Shown here: positions 1 through 13,400 of the stretch, piece after piece
How the letters are laid out: every line of letters starts with the position of its first letter
Position numbering within the stretch: the first letter of the stretch is position 1
From: Podarcis tiliguerta
Taxonomy: Eukaryota
Assembly (NCBI GenBank): GCA_965153285.1
Contig: OZ229119.1
Reading direction: 5' to 3' (one strand)
DNA: 64,000 bases
Position numbers and translations under genes: made by a program
Notes under the pieces: generated by a model
Seen by the model: only the letters and a program-made list of their open reading frames with translations
Databases searched by the model: none
Told to the model about the DNA's origin: nothing

Positions 1-800
1 CCACTCATGAACAATTGAACAGAGGAAATAACTCCTTGAAGTTCTTACTCTACCTCTAGACCTTGGGATACTAAGCATTATTTGAGACATCAGGCGCCAA
101 CTCCAGAAGCAGCACCTATTGGTCTGGCCTAGTATGACAGATAGCAAGATCAGACTGTAGATTAAAAGCACCATAGGAAGGCCTATGCATTTGTATAATG
201 TGTAAATGTATTGAGAATGATATGGGGGGGAGGGAGGGGGTAGAATAGAAGATGGAATGCTGATAAACCTTGCAACTTTTCAAATACTAATTTGTTCCTT
301 TATAATGGACCAGGCTTGTTGTAAAATATCATTAATATTGAAGGGCAAGATTTGCAAATATCAATATAAGATTCACTTTAGCAGTGTACAACAGAATTCT
401 CCACCCATTGCCTATTTCCCAGTAAGAACTGCTGCCATGCAACCTTAGTTCATTTCAGCAAGGCTTATATGGGTGAACCCACATGCTTTGCACAAGCTGC
501 TGTTGTTTGCACATATTGGCACATCCCTAGAGCTGCTGTACATCTTTATATTCAAGGTTACAGCTGGACCAGCAAGTGCAGAAACGTGCAGTGAAGTATG
601 CCAATCACAAAGTGAGTGGTAGCCCAATAATTAAACAAGTAGTGATATCTCTGTTTTCAACTAGGCAGTCGCAGCTAATTCCTGAACAGCTGTGAAGTGG
701 GAAAGAAATTGCCCCCAGTTTTCTGGGCAAATCTGCTTGGGTGTTCTCCTGTTTCCAGAAAATGGAGATCTTTTTGCCGCACTATAATGATTCTACTTAC

Positions 801-821
801 CATGATGGAAAACAGCCTTAG
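801..821 (-). CDS. CACNA2D4: CACNA2D4 microexon (~34), 21 nt, (A)KAVFHH
   Basis: Acceptor ctatatAG, donor G|GTAAGT; symmetric phase 1-1; matches human AKSVFHH. Confidence 0.88.
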
Positions 822-1443
822 CTATATAGGTTGCATGGCATAACATGTGATGCAGATGAATCCATGATGATGATCACAAGATGGTGGTAGAATTCCATGG
901 TGAAGACACATGAATAGGAAGAATGGGAAATGAAGAAAGAAAGAGGAAGAATGACATGGTGGTGAAATGAAGAAATAATTGTTCACAATAGCAACAATGA
1001 GTGTGAGACTACTCCTTAAAATTCACCTGCCTTTACAGTTAACTAAACTGCTGTTTCATGAAAAATATGTTTTATTGTCTTATATCCTTCTTTCCTTCAC
1101 ATAAGCCTATGTGAAGTGAATGTGATTTACTTAAAAATACGAGAATATTTGACACTGAAAGCTTTGGCCTGCACACTCCTAAATGTTTAGGAGCAGGCAA
1201 TGCTTTCAGAAACAAGTACAATATTGGAAGTACACCCTGGACTAGAGAGAGACAGCTATTCTATCTGGTTAAAATATGTGTAAGCAACATAATGTATGTA
1301 ACCAGCATATTACTGTTGCCAAACCCTAGCAGGCAGTACCATAAGTAACATTTGCTGTATGAGATTGTGCTTTTGAAATGATTCCTGCCATTTATTATTA
1401 TTTTTAAACGAAACGAATTAAGAATTAATTATATTTAGAAAGT

Positions 1444-1495
<52 letters not shown>

Positions 1496-4400
1496 TCACA
1501 AAAGACTGCCTGTGTTTTTCTACTTTTAGCTTACATTGCTGTTATGTTTCAAAAATTATCTCCAAGAAACGAAGGACAGGAATGGAAGGAATAAAGTTTC
1601 GTAATTTTAAGAGCTCATAGTCAAAGCGACACTTGCTCAGAGCGCATGTGATCCACAGACCACAAGTTACCCACATTGCTGTTTTAGACACTGTACCACA
1701 GGCTTTTAGGGGTCTTAACACTGACACCCTTCCCTGCACGTTCCAAGCAAAGTGCATGTAGATGAAAGAACTGGCCCACTGCTTCAGCAAATAGTTGTTA
1801 GTAGTCTTCCATCCACCTCATGGGATACCCCAACACAGATCACATATATGAGCCGACACAGTTGACAGTGTTATTAAACCTTGCCAGTATATTCCAGGGT
1901 GTCTCAATAAAGGTGAGATGGAAGCTGGCGAATAGATTCTCAGTGCCAACAGGGTGACAATGTCTCTGGATTGTGCTAAATTGCATTCGTATGTGTGATT
2001 CCTTCATCCAAGCCCAGTGGCTGCAAAATTTGTGTGCTGTGAGCTGGCTCCATTCCCACATACTCACCATCTGCCAAATTGTCTGTGTGCCAGAAGCCAG
2101 ATATGTTGAACTCCAGAAAGAATCTGTCAAAAGACGGGGGGGGGGGGGGGAGAGAAAGATGTATTTTACGCTAGCCTGGAAGGGCAAAGGTGTTAGGCAG
2201 ACAGACAGTCCCTGTGATTTGCTCTACTCTGAGCTTTTAGTCTGTAGGAGCAGCCTAGAACTTGCCTTGCTGTTTCTTTTTAGTTCACACCTGAGCCAGT
2301 TACTTTAAATCTTCCTTTCTTACTTTTCAGAATGGTTAATTGTGCCTTAATCCTAAAATAAATTACTAGCAATTCCTGTGGCAAGGCTGTCATTAACACT
2401 GTGCTCCTTGTGGCTGGGAGGGAAATATACTCGGTCACCTTGAAAGCCATCTGCTCCGCGACGGTGGACGCTGGTATTCAGTGCCCAGCGACAGCTGTGG
2501 AGTGTGCCTAGCAAGTTAATCTCTATGAAGAATCTTGGAATATGGCCCTTGTCTCAAGTTCAAAGGTGTTTGAATCTAACACTTCAGTCTCTGCCTAGTA
2601 TAATCATTGATCTCCACTGCACTACCAAGGAGGCGCTGCTGGTACTTTCTAAGGTGGGGGGCACAACACACAGTAAAGCCGCCTTGGTGGTGGCTTCCCA
2701 TTTATGCAAATCCTTCCCATTGCATGTTTGGTTGTCTTCCACTTTCTGTTTATTCATATGGCAGCTTAAAACATTATCTATTGTTACAGGCTTACAAAAC
2801 ATAGCAGCGGAAGCCTTGTTTGTTAAGCTCTACTGTGTTGCTGACCTTTAAATGTTGTTTAATAGTATTTCATGGCTATATTTTTGTTCAGTTTATTTTT
2901 AATAGCCATTTGCTGGCTGTGTTTATTTATTTATTAATGTGCTGACAGCCATTCCAAGTTCTACATGAGGGGGAGCATGGTATCTACAATGTATATTGGA
3001 AAGCTGCCTGTTCTCTATATATTTGGACGCCTTAATATATCATAACTAAATTAAGCATGATCAAAGGCCAGGTTTTAACCTATGTTTGTATGCAATTGGG
3101 CCTCATTTTGAATCAAGATGGAAAACCAAACCTTTCAAAGGTGCACTGTGTTAGCCACTGATCACAAAATGACGCCGATTTTTGGGGTTTCTGAGAACTT
3201 CCGAGCAATGCTGGGTATGAGGTTGTTAGTAACAAATATATTAATAATAAAATATCAAACATACTCATGAATCTGCCTTTCTTCCTGAAACCCCACCTCC
3301 CACAATGTGTCACCTTGGCAGAGATGGCAAGTTAGGTCTACTCCATTAACATATTTTCCTAATAGGAACAGGATTGTCCCCCCTTTATGTTTTCAACAGA
3401 GCAAATTATTCAAGTTCATTAGAATTTGAGAAGGGAAGGGTAAGTCTGATACTTGTTGATTTACATCCATGTAGATACTCACAGATACTTTGTTGATTTA
3501 CATCCACGTAGTAGAACATAAAAGTGTTAATGTTAGTGACATTGGCTCACTAACACACAAAACTCTTCCCCAGGGAAAAATGCATCATTTCTGGGCAAGC
3601 AAGTGGCTGTGCCTGCCTTCTTCTGTTTATGACATCAGAGTTCCTGCTCCCCAGTGCAGCATCTTTCCCACGCTTAACAGCCTTAATAAGCAGGTTTGCA
3701 TATTATGGACTTCCACTTGAAATCAGGAACTCTGGACCCCTTTACTGGCCCTGTTATATATGTTGTACTGCTACGATTTTGTACAAATCGGTTCCCCATG
3801 TTTTTGCAACTGGAAGGTGGAAATAATTAAACTGCCTACTTGATAATGCTGCTGGAAGCCTCTTGGGTACCACAGGAATGAAGGCATGACACAAATGCCT
3901 CTGCTTCATATGATGGCAGGATTTTTCCTCTTAGAGCTCTAATGCATTAATCCCATGTGTGTGATGCTTGCAAATCACATGGCTTGTATGCACAAGCCAT
4001 TCTCCTTCTTCATGTAGTCTTTATCTCGAACTGGAGAATTTCCAAGGTCAGCACAAGCAGCAGACTCCACCCAAGAAAAAGATGCAGAAACATGGTAGCA
4101 TCTTCTGTGGTGTGCGTGTGTGTCTGTTTCCTGTGCTTCTTGTATTTGTGCTACAAAGCATTGAACCAGGCTCACCTGCAGATATTCTCTTACTAAAATA
4201 GGGCCCAGATGTTTTATTAAACAGGCCCAGTGGCACAATTTTGTCTCTGTTAATGTGACTCATCTGACACTTCCATCCTATGAACCGAAATCTCCCTTTT
4301 ACCTGATTATTCCATTGTGATGCACTGGCTTTGGTACTCATTGCTACAAAAAACATTTTTAAAACACAAATCTGTATTGGATTTACTGGCATTGTCTCCC

Positions 4401-7400
4401 CAAAATAATTCTGGAAGTTATCTTGCTGGGAACTCTGTAAATGACTCCTAACCTTTCAAAGAATTATAGTTCCCTAGGGAGAGGGAATAACTATTAAAAC
4501 AAGTTTGTGGCTGCAGACACACTAACCCATTTGCTGCACAAAAATGCAGTTTTTCTCAGTCTGGAATGGTTCATGCTTATGCTCAACATGCTGCTTTCAA
4601 CACCTGGGATAGCTCAGTCAGTAGAGCATGAGACTCTTAATCTCAGGGTTGTGGGATCAGGCTCCATGTTAGGCAAAAGATTCCAGCACTGTAGGGGGTT
4701 GGACTAGATGATCCTCGTGGTTCCTTTCAACCCTACATTTCTATGATTCTAGATTGATTTAATTTCCTGCTGCCCACAAGGGTAGATGTGGTTACTTGGT
4801 ACACATCTGAAAACCCTCCATGCCCTTTCCTCCCTGCATATGTCCCAGATGAATGAAGAAGCAGTGATTGCGATTTTGGTATACCTCCACTCACAACATC
4901 ATTGGAAATATGTGCATACACATACATGCACACACCACCATCTGTTTTCAAATGGGCACACTGTGGGGTAATGCAGAATCAATATGCAAGGAACTTTTAT
5001 TTTCTGAATGAAACTGGTTTCTCAATAAGTGCTTTTCAGGGGCCAGAAGTATGCAGTACATGGTCCATATTGTGTGCGGACTACATAGAAAAAACAAGTA
5101 CTAATTCTCCATTGATTTTAGAATAAAATGTAGTATGTAAGTAACCTGCCTGTAGAAACGGGTGTGTCCTAAGTTTCATGGAACTGGAAATCCATTGATG
5201 CCTCTCAATTCTACATTTTGGAATAACAGGACTATCTATATAGCGACTGCAACTTTCCCAGCTTCTGTTTCTAAAAGTTAGGACTGTCAATTGCTTCAGG
5301 ACTATTTTGAATATTTTCTTGTTTATTCGCTATTATAGTCACATACCGGAATTTTAAAACATGTTTGTGCCAGTAACATCAAGCCCCACCAATTTAAATT
5401 TCCTCATACCTATTAACGAACACAAGCATTAGTTGATGAATACACTGATGTAAATGTACTAAAGCTTGCAGTTATAGTTTCTACTTCTAATGATATTTCC
5501 CTCCAGAACTCCAAAATGTTTGTACTCACATGAGGAAGTCAGTTATCAGCCACTTTAGTGCTCCCAATAAGGCATAAACTGGCTGTTGAAAAAGAAGAAA
5601 GCCAAAGAAGAGGAGTATTTTACAGAGCCCACAATTCCAGAAGCCAATCTACAAATTAGGAGGCAGATTCTCAGAAGCAGCAATATGCATACAAGTCAGC
5701 CTACTACCAATAATAATTCTGAACCTCATCTTTGGAAAGGTCGGAAAGCTTATCGGGAATTCGCATGAGTCTTTGAAGACATAATTACTTAACTGGCTCT
5801 CTTCAATCATAATAGCCTAAATAGCTCGTAGAAAGAAAGAGCTAAAGCTATTTGTGCGACTAAAACTTTAGAAAACATTTTTGTTCTAATGGTGGAAAAT
5901 AGTGTTTCCACTTCAAACTGTACACAAAAGCAAAACACCACACAAACCTTGTTAGTAGGCGTGCCTAATGCAACAAGGCCTCTAGCATATAAACTGGTAG
6001 GTGCTACACAATGCAGAACAATTTTATTATCAGGGGATTTCTAATCCTCATGATCATGCTGAAAATGTGGATAGTCACATCTGAAGGATTTAGGCAACTC
6101 TGCTTTGGAGCAAAGGTATTATTTTCCTTTTGTGGGAATATGACATGTGAGGTATATTTGTATATCTTAATTCTAATATCATTCTCAACTACAGTGTTGT
6201 ATGAACTCAAAGCTATATCTGAGTAGAAACCTAATAAGGTCAAAGGTTCAGTCTGTGTTTTTTGTTCTCTCCATTAGTGCTTTATTCTTATAACCAACAA
6301 TGGTGACATTTCCAGGGATTACTTTTTTGTTTCATTCTGTCAGGCGAGCTAGTTTCCAAACAGCAGGGAGAGGGAACCTGTGGCCCTCCAGATATTGGGC
6401 TGGAGAAGACATGGGATTTTAGCTGTTATATTTCCAGTTTCTTCTCATGACCATCACTCTAGCTCCCCCCCCCCTTTTTAAATGTCTGCTCATCTCCAGC
6501 TCTCCTCACAATTTGTTTATTTATATGATTTATGAGTTAATTTCCATGCTTTTGTACATGCTCAAAGCAACATTCAAAACATTTCTTAAAGCACCTCATT
6601 AAAGTTATATAAACAAACAGACATGATAGAATGAGATTCATAAAACGATGAATGAATTAATGATGAAAGCTATTGGACTGATATCCTTGTCTTTTGACAA
6701 AAAGGTACCAAAACATAATTTTAAAAGAAACGATGAGTTACTCAACCAAATTAGGTACCGGTATGCCTCATTTGCATAGTTTTATTGTAAAATCTCAATT
6801 TGAATGTTTGGGTTTTAGAATTTGGAGGGTTTTCTGCAGCAGATCCCTTTGGCCAAGTGCTTGTCAGCGCTTGTCAGGTGGAGTGGCAAGATCAGAAGAG
6901 CAAGGATGGGCTAGGTGAACCTTAGCAGGAACCAAGGTCAAGCATTTTGCTGCTCTAACCAGACACAAGCCTCTCCAGGAAACTTTAATAAGTAGTAGGA
7001 CCCCTCCAGATGGGTGGGGGTTTTCGGGGGGGGGGCTATATTCTGTACTATGCCATTGACACAGTAATGCTGCATTAGTGGTGGGTTTATACTGGACCAT
7101 CTACACATCATTCTGCTTTATTACTTGTTCTCTAATGCTTCCCCAGCATTACCAAACATTACTGCTATCTGGATGAGCACTCTTGCACTATAGTGCAGCA
7201 AAAGCAAGACACCCCGGAACACTTGTACTGCATTATTAAAAAGCTACAGAATTTCAATAGGAAACTATGGGACATGCACCAACAGGGAATGAAGAAGTAT
7301 GTCCATCCCAAAACTTTTACCACAAACAGTATTGTAAATGGTATCATGCATATCATACAATGAGAAGCAGAAATAATTCTGGATGCACAATAAAAAAGAT

Positions 7401-10400
7401 GTCTGAAGAAGCCTTTAGGCTTTGCCATGTGATCAATTCTGACATTTTGATGTTTAAGAAAGGCTTGCCTTTACTGGGTTTCTTAGTTTTACTTGCTGGC
7501 GACAAGCTAAACCACTGCCTACCATATTCAAGGCGCCAGGTTCAGGACCTGTGGTGAGCTTATATTGTTTTTACTCAGAGCTGGAAAAGCACTACATTTT
7601 CACATATCCACCCATCTCTCCTTCAAAGGACAAGGCTAAATCTCCTAAAGGACTAGAGCTAACATGGGTGATAAAAAGCCTTTTGATTTGCAGTAACAGT
7701 CCAACTGTAATTAGTGAGTGTTTCCCTATTTAGTTAATACAAATTTAATTATGTAATGCCAGATACAACTACTTAGTTAATCCAACTCTAACAAACAAAT
7801 CCTATTCTGATCAATTAAGGGTGCCACAACCTGAAACTTTCCTGGCACAGAACTAGTAGACAGCAACGATTTCATATAGCCAAAATTGGCCCCAGAGTGC
7901 TCCAATGCAGGATTAATTCAGAGTTCATTTTGATTACTGGTGAAAGATGCAGCAGGCATAAATTGAGATGGGGGGGGAGAAAAGGAAGGAAAAGTTCAGC
8001 AACTTTCCATCCCTAGAATGCATTGTCTCTGGTATCTTCCATCTTTTCCAAATTAATACACATGTACTGCTATTTGGTCAATACATGTAGCATGAAACAG
8101 ATCCCAGGATCAATTGCAGAATGATGGGTCAATTTTTACCTGTGCCTTTCCCCATTGAATTTTGGAATTGTTTTGCTTGGTCTGCTGACTCCGGCTAAAT
8201 GCATTTGTGAAACAGAGTGGAAATTACTTACTTTGGGAAAGGAAAATTGGAGACGGCTAATTGGTTGCTGGATCAGAAATATATTCTCACTATGCAAGTG
8301 CCACATTTTTCTGAGCACATAGGCTGTAGGTGAAGGACAAACAGTGGCACTGGGAATCTACTGTTGCCCTGTAGTGTCCGGCTCTTTTGTGAAACCTTGA
8401 GTGTCCCTTCTCACAGAATAGCAGCACTCTGGACTTGGATGTTTTAAAAAATGACCACCAAAAGGGTTTTAATCATCATCTTTGTTGTGACACCAGCAAA
8501 AAGATATTAGTGAAAAACCAGGAAATCTCCTGTCCTGTAATAAACAATTAAAATCCCCTTCCCAGTCTGCCTTCACTGGCGTCATCAGATAAGTGACGTA
8601 ATTGTGTCCAGCCCCCACAATCAGAGTACATGGAGAAGAGGACATGAGGGCAGACGTGCCTTGGCTTCTTCTTCTGTCCTTGCATAGTCCTCAAATAAGA
8701 GCACAGGAAAAGCAATCAGGCTTGTAGCAAAGACAAGGATGATAAGCACGATTCCGCCCTCAGTGTAATCAGCAGGCGAAGCAAAGGCACTTCTGCCCTC
8801 ACACCGCTCTCTGCTGCACCCCATGCCTGGCAACGGTGGTGAAGCATGGGATGGTCTCACCCTGGAGCAGAATGACTTAAAGAACTGGACCAATGCTGCT
8901 CTAATATATTTTATTCCGTGTTTTATGTATTATGTAGAAACGCTTACAGATACTTACACTGAGAAGAGGGCGTGCACCACTATGGTGGTGGTGGGGCATT
9001 TTACACATGGCTTGGTAATCGTACATTTTCACCCTGCAAAAAAAAAACCCATAAAAAACTGACAAGTGGGCCAATGTGTTCAACACGCCAGCTTAGCCCA
9101 AGAGTCCACCAGTCTGCCTAGCCCACTACTGTGCACTCTGATTGTATAGTGGTGCAACGGAACACTGTGGCGCCAGAAGCAGTTTAGTCATGCTGGCCAC
9201 ATGACTTGGAAACGCCGGCTCCTTCGGCCTGATGCGAGATGAGCACCACAGTCCATAGTCGCCTTTGACTGGACTTAACTGTCCAGGGGTCCTTTACCTT
9301 TTTAAATTCTGATTGAAGGTGACTTTCAAAGGTCTAGCAGTTGTTTTGCCCAGGTCTACTATGCGAGATTTTTAGTGGACATGCCAGGAACTGCACCTGA
9401 GATTTTCTGCATGCAAAACATGTGCTCTGTCACATGCCCTTTGCTCAACATAGCTGCAAACACATTCATTTGTCCTGCATGAATTCTAGCCTGGATCTGT
9501 CTTCACACAGGGAACAGCCATATATCCTCATCCTAATAATTTAGTTTAGTTTGTGCTTAGCATTGGATTAGCACAACATGATCTACTCCCATACAGTGTT
9601 TGATTGACTATGTGGTATCTGATGAAGAAACTTCTTACTGATGTCACAATATGCCCCTACCCTATGAAAACTTTGTATGCGATTTACTCGAGTTACCTCA
9701 GCTGCTATTTTTACTCATGCCAAGGTCCTGAAAGCTGCTTCTGACAACTAGAAACATCATCACAACTATTCCCAGCCAGCTGCAAAGCCCAACAGCTGCA
9801 TTTCTTCCCCATGGCCAGGTCCAAACTGGACAGGTTTGTGCTCTTCCAGACACATCTGGCTGGGCTCTCAGATTTCTTTATGCCATTTGTGTCTGACTCT
9901 GCATCCCTCTGTATGCTACATCAGCAACATGGGAACTGCTTCGGAACACATGGACATAGGAAACTCCTTTACACCATGTCAGATCATTTTGCTCATCATT
10001 GTCTGCACTGACTGGCAGCAGCTCTCCAGAGTTTTACACATAAGTTTTCACCAGAGAAGCCAAGGGTTTAACCTAGAACCTTTGCATACGAAACATGTGC
10101 TCTACCAATGAGCTGCAGATAATGTTTGAAAGCCTGTGACCTGTACTATGCTGTACAGGGAAACATCGGATGGGAATAGCAAACACAGTTAGCTTTGCTC
10201 ACATGGTTCTGGGCTCCCATGCTGTTCTGGTAACATATAAGGGCCTCCAAGTCAGGAACATAAACGGCCTAGATGAAGCCACATGAAATTGTATTGCTAC
10301 ACAGTAATGTAATGTTACTTCTGACATTTAAAAAAGGATATGTGCCTGTATTTTTGTGTATTTGTTTGTTTCAACATGCATTCTTAGAACACAAGCAGGG

Positions 10401-13400
10401 AAATGAAAATAGGTAACATTTTGCATTCGTTCACATTGTGCACAAACTGTGTGACAGTGGATATAATCAGGAGTGATTCCTGTTACCGCAGCAATGCTTT
10501 TTTTGGCTGCTGCAATCATAGAATCGGTACTGGCTGCACCCATTATTATGCAGTTCACACATTACATTTGCCTATGTGAGTACGGTATGTACCTGGAGAT
10601 GCTTGACTCTTTCTATGGATAACAAATGTGAACAAGTCCTAACAACTGAGGCAATGTTCCACACCCCACTGTCTTCATTCTCTTTTTTAATGTTTAGCTG
10701 TGATAATTCTCAATGGGGATAAGGCATTTTGCTTCAACCAGGCTCTTCTCTGAAAGGAAATCAATACAGAGGAGATAGTAATACTTACTGTTTGAACATT
10801 CCCATGCTTAAAAGCTGGGTCATAACAGAGCCATCCACTTCTCCCAAAAATTTGCTGGTCTGCAAGCACAGGGAGATAAAGAGAGAAAAAAGCAGAAACT
10901 ATAGATAAACTTCCTCAGCTTTTTATCAGTCCAGCTAATCCATCCCTACTACAAGTTTGAAATCCTATACTTAATATTGCCACTATCATAAAACAAGCCC
11001 TTTAAGCAGGCGGTGCTCTGCTATGTCCTCAGGCTGTTTAGCAAAGAGAGGTTTAGAGAAGTGTGTGGCGCCATGGTCAATAAAAATGAAATGCAAATCT
11101 TAGCTCAGCCATGCACTCACCACCTGGCCTTAGACAAGTCACCATTTCTCAGCTTATCATCTAAACTATGGGGATAGTAATACAGTACAGGCGTACTATA
11201 TGGTATGATGTTGTAAGGATGAAGCAGTGCCCACTATCCATGAAGATAGTGGGTTCAGACGAGATCTTGATGAGATCTCACAAGGTTTTGGCGAGATCTT
11301 GCTGGAAACTGCCACTGCTGCTTCTCTGCCACTGGAAGTGGTGGCGGGGTGAGCAGGGTGCCTGCAATGGGTGCCACCTCTTGGACTTCTGCCTTCTGCT
11401 GCTTGTCCACCTGATGGACAAGCCCGCCCTGGCTGGCATGTAGCCTATTGTGCAAGAGTTACTTTCATTGCTCCACCCACTATTACCTCTAGGCCTGTCC
11501 AATGTTGGCATGCAGCCTCTAGAAAGTTGACCATGAGGTAATGTGGCCTGGTTTAAAAGAAGATAAAACTCAACCCTGAGTTCCTTATTGGAAAGGTAGG
11601 GTGCAATTATAGTTAATAAATATAATTATCTTGGGAGATTCACAAATTTGCACGAAGTCTAAAAAGTGATTAGTGCACGTATTCACTGTTCTTTTGGGGG
11701 AAAGCCTGAAGTCCCCTTGCTTAAGCCTTAACAAAAGAAATCTGCAGATTTGTCCAATTTGCTCCTCCCTGCCCCCCAGCTCTATAAACAGGCTTTATAA
11801 GTAAGCACAGAAATCTTCTTACCTGTTTGGAGGCTTTGGAAACGAGTATAAATCCATTATTATCAATGAGAAAGCAGTTCAGATTCTGAAGAGAAAAAAA
11901 GAATGAGGAAGGATTTTCAGCTATAGAGAAGACAATATTGCCTAGTATGACAGCTTCTGCCTTACCCTGTGAGCTGCTATGATTCTGCTTCCACAGTTCT
12001 AGTGGTCTTATGTAAGCCATTACCGTTAACTCTGGCTCCGGTTTGCTCCCACCACTGGCTTTTGAATCCATGCACACACAATGTTTCCCACAACAGAAAG
12101 CTAACCACTTAGAGATTTCTAAACTTAATTTTATTGTTTTACAATCAAGCAGTATATAAATTTTGTTAAATAAATCAGATAAATCCTGTAGTTTCCTGAG
12201 AAACACAACTGTTTGATGTGTTTCCCCATAGACTGCCATTAATCTGAAAGGAAACTTATGCCACATTCGTTTTGCAATTAAGTTGAGCTGTGTACACTTG
12301 AGACATCTATTATTATTATTTATTAAATTTGCATATCGCCATATACCCATAGATCTCAGGGCAATTACAATATAAAAAGCACAAAATACATAACAAAAAC
12401 TAAAAGCAGCCCAATAATCTCCCCCTATTGTGCATGCACAGATGAGTTTCATGAATAGGAGCTTGGGGAAGTGCTATAGGGGCAGGTCTTCACGTTGGGT
12501 GAAGACATCCCTGTCCCCTCTGTGGTGTGTACAACAATCAGCAAATGTGACTTGACATGCAGTGTGTGTGGGTGTGTGCCTGGGGAATGTCCTTGCTGTG
12601 TTTTAAGCTGCTAATGTGTACATCACCTAAGACTCTCTGATGTTTTGTTATTTCTGTGCTTGCTTACAAGTTTCCTGAATTTGATATCAGAGTACTGGTT
12701 GTACTTGCACTACTATTGTAGGCTTACACTCCATACTGTTTCCCCCCAAAAGGAAAGCATATTTGGGGGCTCATGCGAGGCTATCCCAGAATCCTGTTCC
12801 ATTTGGCTTCATAGAGCTCATGCAGTTCTGTCTAGACTCTGTAGCATTCTTTGTAGCATCTTTGGGGCAAAGTAAACACAGCGGTGTACTGCAAGGTACA
12901 AGTCCGGTAACTCATTAAAAAAGCAACTGCAGGTTAGAGAAATGAAGTAGATGTTTTTCTGGAGCTCTCTAGCTTTCTCGATACTCCAGCACATGTTTGC
13001 AATTTGGTCTCAGGTTCCTCTGCCCCTTTGAAATCCAGCTTGCACTTCTGGGAGTTCTCAGTCCACATACTGCTTAAGCCTGAATGAACACTATATTCAC
13101 ATGCTTATCTTCATAATTAGTCATAGCTGTGGTTCTCACAATGTTTTCATAACAATTAATTAAACTTAATGACACTCTCAATACACAATTGATATTTGGG
13201 AATAATATGGGGTACTGCAATTCTGTAAGCTTTCTAAATGGATTCCAGAATTATTATGAAAGTCCAGGTCCTTCCAGTCCACATAAAACCCTCAAGAGGT
13301 TTTCATATGCCATTTTTCAGAGCCACATTGTCTTATCAGAACCTTCAAAGATGTATTTTTAAGGCTTCTTGCCTTGAGTGCTGGTCTATAACTGAGGAAA

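Noticed and set aside
4603-4675. Functional tRNA-Lys gene
   Set aside because: T-loop/B box and acceptor stem are degraded, and it runs directly into a CR1 tail, so it is a SINE.
11721-12452. 243-aa minus-strand ORF as a stand-alone gene
   Set aside because: Only 11823-11885 is a real CACNA2D4 exon bounded by splice sites; the rest is intronic read-through including a LINE tail.
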